Counted from the first letter of the stretch, positions 1 to 9,096 are shown. The stretch is DNA of 25,852 nucleotides from an archaeon (GCA_043815885.1 JBDRIL010000034.1:1-25852); one strand, 5' to 3'. A program made the numbers and translations. The notes: generated by a model from the sequence alone, not told the origin.

Positions 1-17
1 TTTCGTTGATTCACGTT

Positions 18-33
18 GAAAAATCTATTTAAG
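18..33 (+). promoter_or_regulatory. Putative archaeal BRE/TATA promoter (GAAAAA..TATTTAAG) for the large lipoprotein gene, probably leaderless
   Basis: Purine-rich BRE-like run at 18-23 and TATTTAAG at 26-33, 26 nt before ATG 60; no Shine-Dalgarno. Confidence 0.5.
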
Positions 34-59
34 TTTTTCTTTTGCAGAATTCAGTTAGA

Positions 60-3000
60 ATGAAGAGAGTTGGAATATTTTTAGGGTTAGTGCTATTGCT
101 TTTTTTCTCTGGCTGTCTTGACCAGAAGACTTTTTTTGAGAATAAAATGAAGTGCCTTGACCTGACTTCTTATTCCTTTACCTCGATTCCGAAGTGTTCT
201 TCGCAGGAAGAATGCTTTGAAAAAGTCAGGAAAAACTTTTTTTCCTTTGACAAAAATCTTTTCTCTAATTCAGTGCAGCAAAAAATGCATCTCTATCAGA
301 ATCAGGTGGCGAGGTCATGGCTTTACTACAATAAGGCTCTTGAAAAAGTAAAACAGGCAAACCAGGCATGCTATTCAGACAATTATTCCGTGCTTCCTTC
401 CCTTGTAAATGAATTGAATCATTTATTGCTTAAGTCCTTTGGGGAAATGGATAAGGCTTCAATCACTTCCTTTTCAGTCCTGCTCACAGAAAAAAATGAT
501 CTGGAAAAAGATGAAATTAATTTAATTAAGGAAGAAAACCTGTTCGATGACTATGTAAAAATTAATGCTAACCTAAATGACCTTCTTATCTCTCCTTATG
601 AATCCCCCTCCACTTCTTCCTATGTTTCCCTTTACTTTTCCAGAATGAATGAAGTCCAGTCCTCTCTCTCCAGTATTGGTTTCAAGAAAGATTATTCAGC
701 TGAATTCTCCTTGCTTGACTTGGTTGATTACTATGACCAGGATTTGGTTGAGCAGGTAGAGGATAAAAAATTCTATATTCCCTTGCTCAAGAATACATTT
801 CTTTCCTTTATTTCCTTGGTAAGCAAGCAAAATGATTTAGCCAGTGCGGTTAGCATTCTTCTTTCAATGGATTCCTTTTCTTTGTTCTCTGCATTGAATG
901 CCCTTGCCGGAACAAATAATTCAGTTGTGGAAGAATTCTCTTTTATCCTGAGGGATGACTTCCTCCACAGAAATGAATTAGAGCAGAGGGCAGGCAAACT
1001 AGAAAAAGAATCCACTGAATTGATTTCCCTTTCCCAGAAAAAAATTAATCAATTATCCTCTTCTCCTTATGCTTCATTTGATTCAAATTTTCTGGCTGAC
1101 CTGTATTCCCTGCTTGAACAAACCCCTTCTTCCACTATCACTACCCAGAAATTCTCTTTCTCTGACACTGTTTCTTTCAGGGATGAAGCAGAAAAAGAAC
1201 TTCTTATTCTTAAGGAAAAATTCAATTCAGTGAAGGAAGATCACTTCTTTCATTCAATTTCCTTGGGAGAGAGAATTTATTCATTGAAGGAAATCTTTAA
1301 TGAACTGCAACTGCTTAATGATGAAATAGATTACTTTAATTCAGAGGTAGTGAAAGGATTGGAAGTGCTGTGCGATTCAAGGATTGAATTAATTGATTCC
1401 TCCATAAAAGAGGTTTCACTGGAAGAAAACACAACCAAACTCTCTGATTTAAAGGCAAGAATTGAATTCAAGGCTTCTTCCTATGCTTCCCTTCCCCTGG
1501 AAGAAAAATTGTTTCAGTGCAGGGAAATTGTTTCCTCTTTCAAGGAACTCCAATCAGCATTAAACGATTACAATTCCTACAATAAAATCCTTTCATTCAA
1601 AGTGGATGAATGCTTTTCTTTTCTGGATAAAATCTTTGATTCTTCTCTTGACTTAAGTGATTTCCTTGAGAGGTACAATGCATTGAAGCATCTTCCTTCT
1701 TCTTTCACTGAACCTTCCTTCATCCAAATCTCTTGTTTCAGGTTAATGGAAGACGTGGAAGAATTCCTGTTTAATTACAATCCAAAAATAAAAAAAATAA
1801 ATGAAGATTATATTGAGGTAATCGATTTAATACAAGAGTTGAACGATGTTTCTTCTCTGAACGGGACTTCTTCCGGTTACTTCAATGAAAAAATAACGCA
1901 ATTGAATGAATTTTTTTCTGAAGGAAAACTGGATTTAGTGAATTCAATTGGCGTATTGGATGAAGTCAGTGCAACTCTTTCTGGATTAAAGAATGAAGCA
2001 AAAAAAAAATTACTGGAGGAATTAAAATCTTTCATAATAAAAAATTCCTATATTCAGCTCACTGCAGGAGAAATGCTTTTAGGGGAGGAATTTTCTTCCA
2101 ATCTGAAAATTCATTTAACCAATCCATTTAATTCCATTGAAGAACCCCTCTCCCTGAGAATCCCAGTAGAGGGAGAGTTTTCTTCTCTTGAATTAACTTC
2201 TTCTTCCCCTAATGTAGTTAATTCGTTTCTGGAGGGACATGAATTAGTGATTGAACTGGACAGAATGCCTTCAGGAAAAACATTCATGGAATTAGATGCT
2301 TCCTCTTCTCTTATCTCTTTTTCCGAGGAAACCCAATTGCTTTCCATCAATCAATCCAAAGCAGTAATGAGTAAAACCTTAATAATTAATTCAAGTGCAT
2401 TGATTCCAAGAATAGAGATAGACTTAAATCTCTCGGATTCACTTGAAGTGAGAGAAGCATTTGTTTTCTTTAGGGAAAAAAAGATTCCTTTTTACATGCA
2501 GGAAAAAAACATTAACTTTTTCCTTGAAGACGTTTCAGACAGGGATGAAGTAGAAATTTATTACTCTCTGCTTGATCCAATAGAATTTTCTTTTTCTCTG
2601 GATTCAGCGGAAGAAATGGATGCAAATAAGTTAAAGTACAGTTATTCCTTGAAAGTAAAAAACCTCCTTCCAATGGAATTGAATAAAGTGAACCTTCTCC
2701 TTCCCTTAGATCTCCAGGACAGGGAAATTGAAAGAAAGGAGTTCTTTGACTCCAGAGGAAAAGAAGTTTCATTCTCCTTTCCTTCAAGCAATTCAATTTC
2801 CTTTTCTCTTTCCTCCCTTTTCCCTGGACAGGAGGAAAGCTTTTCCCTAAACCTTTATGTAAATGACGCAAGCGCTTACTGGAATTCATTTATCCAGAAA
2901 ATTGAATCAGACCTTCTCTCTCTCCAATACTCTTCAAAGGAAAGCATTTCCCTTGAATCAGGAAGCATTTTGCAGGAATTAAATTCCCTGAAGGATGAAT

Positions 3001-4199
3001 CCAATTTTAAGGAAGAAGAATTACTGAACAAAATTTCTTCTCTTCGGGAAAAAACAGATTCATTAATTAAAGAGGAAAGAATAACTGAAGCAGAGATTGC
3101 CGAATTTCTTGAATTAAGAAATTCGCTGTTAAATGAATTGGAATCTCTAAAAAATGAAGTGCATTCCCTGAATGAATTGGGTTTCGGGGGTTATGCAATT
3201 GAATTGAATGAAAAAATCTCCCGCGTAAATGCGCTATTGGATTCCTCCAATGAATTACTCCACACTGATTCCTCTGAAGCTTTATCCTTGCTTTTCCAGG
3301 CCCAATCAATTGTAACAGACAATAATTCCGATTCAGTTTCCAATGCAATAGAAGAAGAAAGAACTTCAGCAATAACCTCGCTGGAAGAATTTTTCTCCCC
3401 GCTTCTTTCTTCTTCTCCTGAATTTCTTTCCTTACAGGAAAAAGCCTTTTCCTTGGATGAAGAAATCTCTTCTTCCTTAATGAAGCAGGACTACTCCAAT
3501 GCAAAAAACCAGTTAATTGAATTAAAGGAAACAATTGCAGGCATGGATGAATTAAATAATTCAACCCTGAACAATGACTCAATCAAATTAAAAGAAAAAA
3601 TAAATCTGCTTAAAGAAAAAACCAATTCAATCATTCCCTCTCTTTTTGCAGAGCTTGACTCAATTTTTTCTTCCCCTATCCCGGAAAATTACGTTTCCCC
3701 GATTACTGAAGAGAGATTGAAGACTCTTTTCCTCCAAACAAATTCAATTATCACGGCTTCCCTGAAAGAAGAAATGGAATTAGCTGACGGAAACACAATT
3801 TACTTCAGTTCTTCCCTTGAAAAAGAATTAGAAGAAAAACTAAAGGAAGCAGAATTAATTGAAAAAGAGTTAGCCACTGCATTAAGCAGAATAAAGGAAG
3901 ACGCATTCGCATTCCTTTCCACTGCAAAAGAAAAAACCACTTCATCCAATAACTCTGAAGCATTATACCTCCTGAGTGAAGCAGAAACCGCATTCAATGA
4001 AAAGAATTACTTTAAAGCAATTGACTTCTCACAACAAGCAGCAATCCTCTCCCCCAAAGAACCTTCCCCCATTGAAATCCCTCTTGCAGTCTATCCATTA
4101 CTGGTTCTTGTGGCAGTATTTGTTTTTGCCAGAAGAATGAAATTCTTCCAGAAAAGCAAAGAAAAACTGAGGCTCCAGAAAGTACTGAGGGAAAGGTAA
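60..4199 (+). CDS. Large (~1379 aa) predicted lipoprotein with long helical/coiled-coil regions, a central beta-rich region and a C-terminal transmembrane anchor; function unknown
   Basis: ATG 60 preferred over TTG 42 because it gives MKRVGIFLGLVLLLFFSGC (basic n-region, h-region, lipobox-like FSG|C). Heptad-like E/L/K-rich stretches; C-terminal IPLAVYPLLVLVAVFVFA followed by a basic tail. Confidence 0.85.
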   Translation: MKRVGIFLGLVLLLFFSGCLDQKTFFENKMKCLDLTSYSFTSIPKCSSQEECFEKVRKNFFSFDKNLFSNSVQQKMHLYQNQVARSWLYYNKALEKVKQANQACYSDNYSVLPSLVNELNHLLLKSFGEMDKASITSFSVLLTEKNDLEKDEINLIKEENLFDDYVKINANLNDLLISPYESPSTSSYVSLYFSRMNEVQSSLSSIGFKKDYSAEFSLLDLVDYYDQDLVEQVEDKKFYIPLLKNTFLSFISLVSKQNDLASAVSILLSMDSFSLFSALNALAGTNNSVVEEFSFILRDDFLHRNELEQRAGKLEKESTELISLSQKKINQLSSSPYASFDSNFLADLYSLLEQTPSSTITTQKFSFSDTVSFRDEAEKELLILKEKFNSVKEDHFFHSISLGERIYSLKEIFNELQLLNDEIDYFNSEVVKGLEVLCDSRIELIDSSIKEVSLEENTTKLSDLKARIEFKASSYASLPLEEKLFQCREIVSSFKELQSALNDYNSYNKILSFKVDECFSFLDKIFDSSLDLSDFLERYNALKHLPSSFTEPSFIQISCFRLMEDVEEFLFNYNPKIKKINEDYIEVIDLIQELNDVSSLNGTSSGYFNEKITQLNEFFSEGKLDLVNSIGVLDEVSATLSGLKNEAKKKLLEELKSFIIKNSYIQLTAGEMLLGEEFSSNLKIHLTNPFNSIEEPLSLRIPVEGEFSSLELTSSSPNVVNSFLEGHELVIELDRMPSGKTFMELDASSSLISFSEETQLLSINQSKAVMSKTLIINSSALIPRIEIDLNLSDSLEVREAFVFFREKKIPFYMQEKNINFFLEDVSDRDEVEIYYSLLDPIEFSFSLDSAEEMDANKLKYSYSLKVKNLLPMELNKVNLLLPLDLQDREIERKEFFDSRGKEVSFSFPSSNSISFSLSSLFPGQEESFSLNLYVNDASAYWNSFIQKIESDLLSLQYSSKESISLESGSILQELNSLKDESNFKEEELLNKISSLREKTDSLIKEERITEAEIAEFLELRNSLLNELESLKNEVHSLNELGFGGYAIELNEKISRVNALLDSSNELLHTDSSEALSLLFQAQSIVTDNNSDSVSNAIEEERTSAITSLEEFFSPLLSSSPEFLSLQEKAFSLDEEISSSLMKQDYSNAKNQLIELKETIAGMDELNNSTLNNDSIKLKEKINLLKEKTNSIIPSLFAELDSIFSSPIPENYVSPITEERLKTLFLQTNSIITASLKEEMELADGNTIYFSSSLEKELEEKLKEAELIEKELATALSRIKEDAFAFLSTAKEKTTSSNNSEALYLLSEAETAFNEKNYFKAIDFSQQAAILSPKEPSPIEIPLAVYPLLVLVAVFVFARRMKFFQKSKEKLRLQKVLRER

Positions 4200-4209
4200 A
4201 TCTATGAAT

Positions 4210-5412
4210 TCACCTGAAATAAATATACAAATAAATAATCAGTCCAATCAATAGCATTGCAATTCCCACAGAGAAACCGACATCAGGCTGTTCTCCTTCA
4301 AACACTACATTCACTGCAGGACAATTTTCCTCAAATAAATTAACATCTGAATAACTCGCTTTACATCCAAGGGAGTAACTTCCTTCCTGAGAGGAAGTGA
4401 ACCCAAACTCAATTGCCTTTACTTCGTTTGGCTGAATTATCTCAATCACATTACTCTTTTCTCCTTCAATAAAGGCCAGTTCTCTTGGGGCAATCAATTC
4501 AACTGACAGATTGTATATTGGATTAACACTGTTGTTTTTTACCACTAAAACTGCTTTTGTTTTTTCTCCTAATTTATTCAATGGTTTTTGGAGAAGGATT
4601 GCTGGTTTAAGCGCTTCAGGTTCTACTGGAATCACTTCAGGGTAATTGGAGTAAATTAATTCATGCTCTCCGAACTCATTCACATAATATGCTTCTGCTG
4701 CCGGCAGAACCCTTGTCTTCACGTCATTTATTTTAATGAAATACTCTAATCTTGCTTCTTCTCCTGGAAGCACTTCCCCCTTGAATTCACTCTCCCCCCT
4801 GATAAATGTTATGTCCTCTCTTTTCAGCAATGGCTCTTTTTCCTTTATCTCTACATATGTTCCGGCATTTCCATTATTCTTTAAACTAACGATTACCTTT
4901 ACCTCGCTTCCAACTACCGGATGAATGGAGAAAGCACTCTTTCTGAAATCCCCTTCCCCAAAAAAAGCAGTTTTATACACTCCAATAGTTGAATCTCTCA
5001 GCACTCCAATCCTTGTAACAGTATTGGAGGCAGTAATGCACATTCCCAATTTATTATCTTCCTTCAATTTTTCTTTAGGCAAGAAAATCCTGATCCATTC
5101 TCCTTTTACTTCCCCAGCATTAACTTCCTTTACTGCTTTTTCCTCTTCATTCAAGAAAACCTTAATCATTGCATCCTTTCCCTTCTTTATTGGGAGGAAT
5201 TCAGAGTGAAGTGATAAAATAAAGTATTCTTCCTCCCTCAATAACTCTCCCTCAATAAAAAAGATTATTTCCTTGCATTCCTCTTTTCCTGCCCCCTCGA
5301 CGTAAAAGTCTTCACTGTAACCCATTTTATCAAAAGAGGTTTCCTTTACTGTAGCAGCATAAGAAAAAGAAAAAAGCAGTAAAAAAATCAATAAAACCAA
5401 TCTTTTCCCCAT
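4210..5412 (-). CDS. Cell-surface protein: signal peptide, BcsB-like jelly-roll domain, two CARDB/BatD-like Ig domains, C-terminal TM anchor
   Basis: Signal MGKRLVLLIFLLLFSFSYA; Ig-like motifs VGSEVKVIVSLKNNG...GEVLPGEEARLEY and LGEKTKAVLVVKNNS...IQPNEVKAIEF...GSYSL; C-terminal hydrophobic helix. Start overlaps the upstream gene's stop (TAATG). Confidence 0.8.
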   Translation of the reverse strand: MGKRLVLLIFLLLFSFSYAATVKETSFDKMGYSEDFYVEGAGKEECKEIIFFIEGELLREEEYFILSLHSEFLPIKKGKDAMIKVFLNEEEKAVKEVNAGEVKGEWIRIFLPKEKLKEDNKLGMCITASNTVTRIGVLRDSTIGVYKTAFFGEGDFRKSAFSIHPVVGSEVKVIVSLKNNGNAGTYVEIKEKEPLLKREDITFIRGESEFKGEVLPGEEARLEYFIKINDVKTRVLPAAEAYYVNEFGEHELIYSNYPEVIPVEPEALKPAILLQKPLNKLGEKTKAVLVVKNNSVNPIYNLSVELIAPRELAFIEGEKSNVIEIIQPNEVKAIEFGFTSSQEGSYSLGCKASYSDVNLFEENCPAVNVVFEGEQPDVGFSVGIAMLLIGLIIYLYIYFR

Positions 5413-5894
5413 TATCTTTCCCCTTTCCTGATTTCCTTAATAATCCTACCCAGAGTATTGTTTATTTTCTTATCGCTTTTTATCTCAACAATCTTTTCTT
5501 TTGGATAATTTTTTTTCAATTGTTTTCCTAAGTAATTGGTTTCCTCACAGAAAACATTTTCCTGGGTCTTTAATTCACTGTAATTCCTTTTCCTCAGTCT
5601 TTTCTCAAGCTCTTCTGGATTTACTCTGACCAAAAAAACCTTTTCCACTGGAAGCCTTACCTCAGCCAGCAAATGCCCTTCAATAATAACACTTTTCTTC
5701 TTTTCCAGTTCTTTCTTTAATTCTCTCTCCAGCCTCTCCAATGGAACAACCAATTCTCCTTTTTCCTTCTTTCCTATCCCCTTCCTTTCACTGAAACTCT
5801 TTTCATTGATTACTTTCATTCCCAGCTTTTTCCCTAATCTTTTGGCCAGAATGCTTTTACCGCTTCCAGGCACTCCGGTAATAATTACCTTCAT
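5412..5894 (-). CDS. Adenylate kinase, AK6/Fap7 (hCINAP) family
   Basis: N-terminal P-loop IITGVPGSGKS, IIEGHL motif, LID-like LEKRLRKRNYSELKTQEN. Confidence 0.85.
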   Translation of the reverse strand: MKVIITGVPGSGKSILAKRLGKKLGMKVINEKSFSERKGIGKKEKGELVVPLERLERELKKELEKKKSVIIEGHLLAEVRLPVEKVFLVRVNPEELEKRLRKRNYSELKTQENVFCEETNYLGKQLKKNYPKEKIVEIKSDKKINNTLGRIIKEIRKGER

Positions 5895-5953
5895 ACAAAG
5901 GAAATAGGTCAGAACCCATTAAAAAAAAGCAGTTTTTCAGAAAAAAAGGCGTT

Positions 5954-6079
5954 TTAATTGGAGGGAACCAGCTTTCTGGAGAAAAAGCATTTCTTGTGAA
6001 GGGCAATCTCTTCATTCTTCATTTTAGTGCCCCTTTCTTCAAGTATTTTGCAGAGTTTTTCTGCCTTCTCCCTACTCAT
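5954..6079 (-). CDS. Putative 41-aa small basic protein MSREKAEKLCKILEERGTKMKNEEIALHKKCFFSRKLVPSN (not in ORF track)
   Basis: Read by hand: ATG at 6079, TAA at 5956-5954, GGTTGG-like upstream motif, GAA/AAG-rich codons like neighbouring minus-strand genes. Confidence 0.5.
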   Translation of the reverse strand: MSREKAEKLCKILEERGTKMKNEEIALHKKCFFSRKLVPSN

Positions 6080-6168
6080 TCCAACCAACCTAATTTTTTT
6101 TTAAACGATTAAATAGAATGCCATTCATATTTTTATTTCTTTCGGTCGGCAATTTTCCAAAAACAAAA

Positions 6169-6277
6169 TTTATGTAGAAGAAGTCAAAAATTCCAAATTT
6201 TTTAATGTAGAAATAGGTTTTTTCAGCAGATTTTCAAAAAAAAATTTTTCACAAAAAACCAGTTTATGTATAAGTAG
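6169..6277. repeat. Three imperfect 15-bp direct repeats, consensus TTWATGTAKAARWAG
   Basis: TTTATGTAGAAGAAG 6169-6183, TTAATGTAGAAATAG 6202-6216, TTTATGTATAAGTAG 6263-6277, separated by A/T tracts. Confidence 0.6.
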
Positions 6278-6293
6278 TTTTTTTCCTGTTCTT

Positions 6294-8183
6294 TTACCTT
6301 AGTCTTACGCTGTCCAGATTCCTTATTGAGTTTGAATTCACCCTGAATTTTGCTGCAGTATACCTTGCAAACTCTATTGTGTTATTCTTTTCTCCGTGAT
6401 TCACTAGAATTCTTTTTGGTTTTGGGTTCAATGTCCTTACATAATTCACTAACTGGTTCCTGTCTGAATGCCCTGAAAAACCTTCCACTGTCTCTACCCT
6501 CATATTGATATTCACTGCTTTGCTTTTTCCGTTTCCTGCGTTAACTACTATTGTCTTTAACCCATTCTGAATCCTTCTTCCTGGGCTTCCTTCTCCCTGA
6601 TATCCTACAAAGATCAGGCAGTTTTTTGGGTCTTCAGCCATTTTATGCAGGTATCCCACTGAAGGGCCTCCAGTCAGCATTCCGGATGAAGCAAGAATCA
6701 CAGAGCCTTTTTCTTCTATTATTTGTTCTCTGTTGCTGTTGTCAGCCAACTTAAATAATTCTGAAGTAAAAGGCGAGTCATTTTGCAGTACTCTTCTTTG
6801 TACTCCTTTCCTTAAATATTCCGGGTAAGCTGTATGGATTGCCGAGGCTTCCTTTGTCATTCCGTCAATATATGCTTTTGCTTCAAGCATCCCTTTTCTG
6901 TAATAATCCTCTATAACCAATATTATTTCTTGTGCTCTCCCAACTGAAAACACTGGAATCAATACATTTCCCCCATTATGAATTGTTTCCTTTATTATCT
7001 GAATCAGTCTTTCTTCTGACAGTCTTCTGTCTGGCTGAATGTCGTCCTTTCCTCCATACGTACTTTCAATTATGAGTGTCTCAAGCCTTGGATAATTCAA
7101 ATCAATGTTATTGAACAGTCTTGTGAATCCATACTTCAAATCACCAGAATACACTAAGTTGTGAGCACCTTCTCCAATATGCAAATGCACTGAAGCACTT
7201 CCAAGAATGTGTGCTGCATTATGCAGTGTCAGCCTCATGTCAGGAGCAATGTCTGTTACCTCTCTGTATTCTCTCGGGATACAGTACTTTATCATTTCCT
7301 TTACATCCCTCTCTGTATAGGGAGGATCTTTTCCTTCCTTAACCAGTACATCTATATAATCAAAATGCAGTAACGCCATCAAATCTCTGGTAGGCTTGGT
7401 AAGATATACCGGGCCTCTGTAACCCAACTTAAACAGGTACGGGACAAATCCTGAATGATCTATGTGTGCATGGCTTATAACTATTGCATCCAGTTGGTCT
7501 ATCGGAAAACGTATTGCGTCAAGGAAAGGGAATGGCTCATCATTGCTTGCAACATTTATCCCGCAATCCAGTAATACCTTTGTTTCAGGGGTCTCAATTA
7601 ATATTGAGCTTCTTCCCACTTCTCTGAATCCGCCCAATGCAGTCAGCCTTATCCATCCATTGTTTGTCGGGAGTTCTCTGTAGATTTTCTTTGCTGTTTC
7701 CTGTAATATTTTTTTTCTTTCAGCAGAATATTTATGCAGGTGATGCCTTAATCCTCTGAGTATCTCTGAATCACTTGTCGGGCTTCTGAGAATATTTGGA
7801 GTCCATCCTGTCTGGAGAATGATTTCCTTTGAGGTTTGCCCTCCTTTTCCTATAACTAATCCTGGCTTTATTGCTTCAATCACTACTTCACTGAAAGGGG
7901 TATTGAAGTAAACTTCTTTTACTCCCGCTCCTTCCGGAATTATTTCTTCCAGTTTCTTTCTTGCCTTTTCTTCTTCTATGAGTAAACTCTTGTCTGTCCT
8001 GATGTTTATTCTTTTCTTTAAATCAAATGCAATCTTTGCCACGTAGTTTTCGTTTTCAAAGAATGCCTTTGGATTTTTAGTATAAATAGCTACCTCTGGT
8101 CCCTCCATTTCTACACTGGTTATTCCTGTTTCTGGAGGCAGAGAATTATTTACTATTTCTTTTATCTCTTTCAGTATTTGCAT
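6294..8183 (-). CDS. fttA: aCPSF1 / FttA: KH-domain beta-CASP ribonuclease and archaeal transcription termination factor
   Basis: N-terminal KH region (VEMEGPEVAIY, KPGLVIGKGG), LGGFREVGRS, MBL motif SHAHIDH, AAHILGSA, YSGD, IESTYG, SGMLTGG, GFSGHSD, VNHGE; 629 aa; downstream of psmB as is common in archaea. Confidence 0.96.
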   Translation of the reverse strand: MQILKEIKEIVNNSLPPETGITSVEMEGPEVAIYTKNPKAFFENENYVAKIAFDLKKRINIRTDKSLLIEEEKARKKLEEIIPEGAGVKEVYFNTPFSEVVIEAIKPGLVIGKGGQTSKEIILQTGWTPNILRSPTSDSEILRGLRHHLHKYSAERKKILQETAKKIYRELPTNNGWIRLTALGGFREVGRSSILIETPETKVLLDCGINVASNDEPFPFLDAIRFPIDQLDAIVISHAHIDHSGFVPYLFKLGYRGPVYLTKPTRDLMALLHFDYIDVLVKEGKDPPYTERDVKEMIKYCIPREYREVTDIAPDMRLTLHNAAHILGSASVHLHIGEGAHNLVYSGDLKYGFTRLFNNIDLNYPRLETLIIESTYGGKDDIQPDRRLSEERLIQIIKETIHNGGNVLIPVFSVGRAQEIILVIEDYYRKGMLEAKAYIDGMTKEASAIHTAYPEYLRKGVQRRVLQNDSPFTSELFKLADNSNREQIIEEKGSVILASSGMLTGGPSVGYLHKMAEDPKNCLIFVGYQGEGSPGRRIQNGLKTIVVNAGNGKSKAVNINMRVETVEGFSGHSDRNQLVNYVRTLNPKPKRILVNHGEKNNTIEFARYTAAKFRVNSNSIRNLDSVRLR

Positions 8184-8208
8184 TAGTGCATCCCTTTTCC
8201 TTTGAAAT

Positions 8209-8232
8209 AAAAAAAGCAGAACCTCCTCTGCT
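8209..8232 (-). terminator. Terminator-like hairpin plus U-tract 25 nt upstream of the aCPSF1 start
   Basis: Minus strand reads AGCAGA-GGAGGT-TCTGCT-TTTTTT (6-bp stem, then T run); a second T7 run lies just upstream at 8237-8243. Confidence 0.5.
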
Positions 8233-8282
8233 CTATAAAAAAATTACTCTCTTTTTTTGGATGAAGACAAATTATTTTTTTT

Positions 8283-8380
8283 ATTGTATGCCGAAGGTAT
8301 ACAATGTTTTTTTGATAAAACTCCTAATTTGAGTGGAACTCAAATGGGCCCCTTTGAATCTTTGGATTCAAATAGGGTTT
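8283..8380. other. Cluster of three further inverted repeats (possible structured RNA) in the psmB-aCPSF1 spacer
   Basis: ATTGTATGCC-GAA-GGTATACAAT 8283-8305; ATTTGAGT-GGA-ACTCAAAT 8327-8345; TTTGAATC-TTTG-GATTCAAA 8353-8372. Confidence 0.6.
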
Positions 8381-8393
8381 CTTAAAAGTTTTT

Positions 8394-9014
8394 TTAATTT
8401 GAATAGCTTTTTATTTCTTCTTCATTTAATTCATGTATTCCCTGTTTTGTTATTACCATTACTGTTACTGATACTCCTCCGGAGTAAATGTCTCTCTTCT
8501 TTGCTGCATTTACTGCTGCTATTGCAAGCTTTATTGCTTCTTCTTTTGTCATTCCTTCCTTGTATTGCTGGTCAAGAACACTTAAAGCTAATTCTGTTCC
8601 GCTTCCGCTTACAGCATACTTTTTTCTGTCAAGCACTCCTCCACTCAAATCCAATTCATATAATTCTGGTTTATTGTTCACTCCCCCAACAATGAATTGG
8701 ACCAGGAATGGATAGAAGCGGTTTGAATTCAATATATTTGATAAAAATACTGCTGTTGCCTTTACAGTAATCTTTGTTTCTCTTTCCACTTCATAGAGTT
8801 TTGCGTGACTCCTTAAATACCTTATTAATGCAAGGCTGTCTCCAACCGACCCAGCATTAGTCATTGCAATATTGTCTGTAATATTATATATTTTTTTTGC
8901 TTCTTCGTCTGACGCAAGATGCCCCATTGAAGCACGCATATCTGCAGCCAAAACCACAGAGTCCTTTGCAATCAATCCAACAGTAGTTGTTCCAGTCTTT
9001 ATTTCTTCATTCAT
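8394..9014 (-). CDS. psmB: Proteasome subunit beta
   Basis: Short propeptide MNEEIKTG followed by catalytic TTTVG; AADMRAS, AGSVGD, SGSG, RDIYSGG motifs; SD AGGTGA. Confidence 0.97.
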   Translation of the reverse strand: MNEEIKTGTTTVGLIAKDSVVLAADMRASMGHLASDEEAKKIYNITDNIAMTNAGSVGDSLALIRYLRSHAKLYEVERETKITVKATAVFLSNILNSNRFYPFLVQFIVGGVNNKPELYELDLSGGVLDRKKYAVSGSGTELALSVLDQQYKEGMTKEEAIKLAIAAVNAAKKRDIYSGGVSVTVMVITKQGIHELNEEEIKSYSN

Positions 9015-9096
9015 TCAAGAATCACCTAAAAAAACAGTTAAGGTAAAGCCTATAATCTATTCACTAAGCAAAAGTTTAAAAATTTATTTAATACGC

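Noticed and set aside
773..3997. Minus-strand ORFs inside the large lipoprotein gene
   Set aside because: Antisense shadows of a long coding gene; low-complexity translations with no motifs.
6169..6277. Repeats as a CRISPR mini-array or classical ORB origin
   Set aside because: Only 15 bp, degenerate, unequal spacers (18 and 46 nt), no cas genes, and no TCCA..GAAAC plus G-string ORB pattern.
8283..8380. Hairpin cluster as a tRNA
   Set aside because: AT-rich, no GTTCRA T-loop or D-loop GG in the right geometry, no 7-bp acceptor stem.
8333..8715. Plus-strand 120-aa Leu-rich and 75-aa ORFs
   Set aside because: Antisense to the well-supported psmB; hydrophobicity arises from the complement of Lys/Glu codons.
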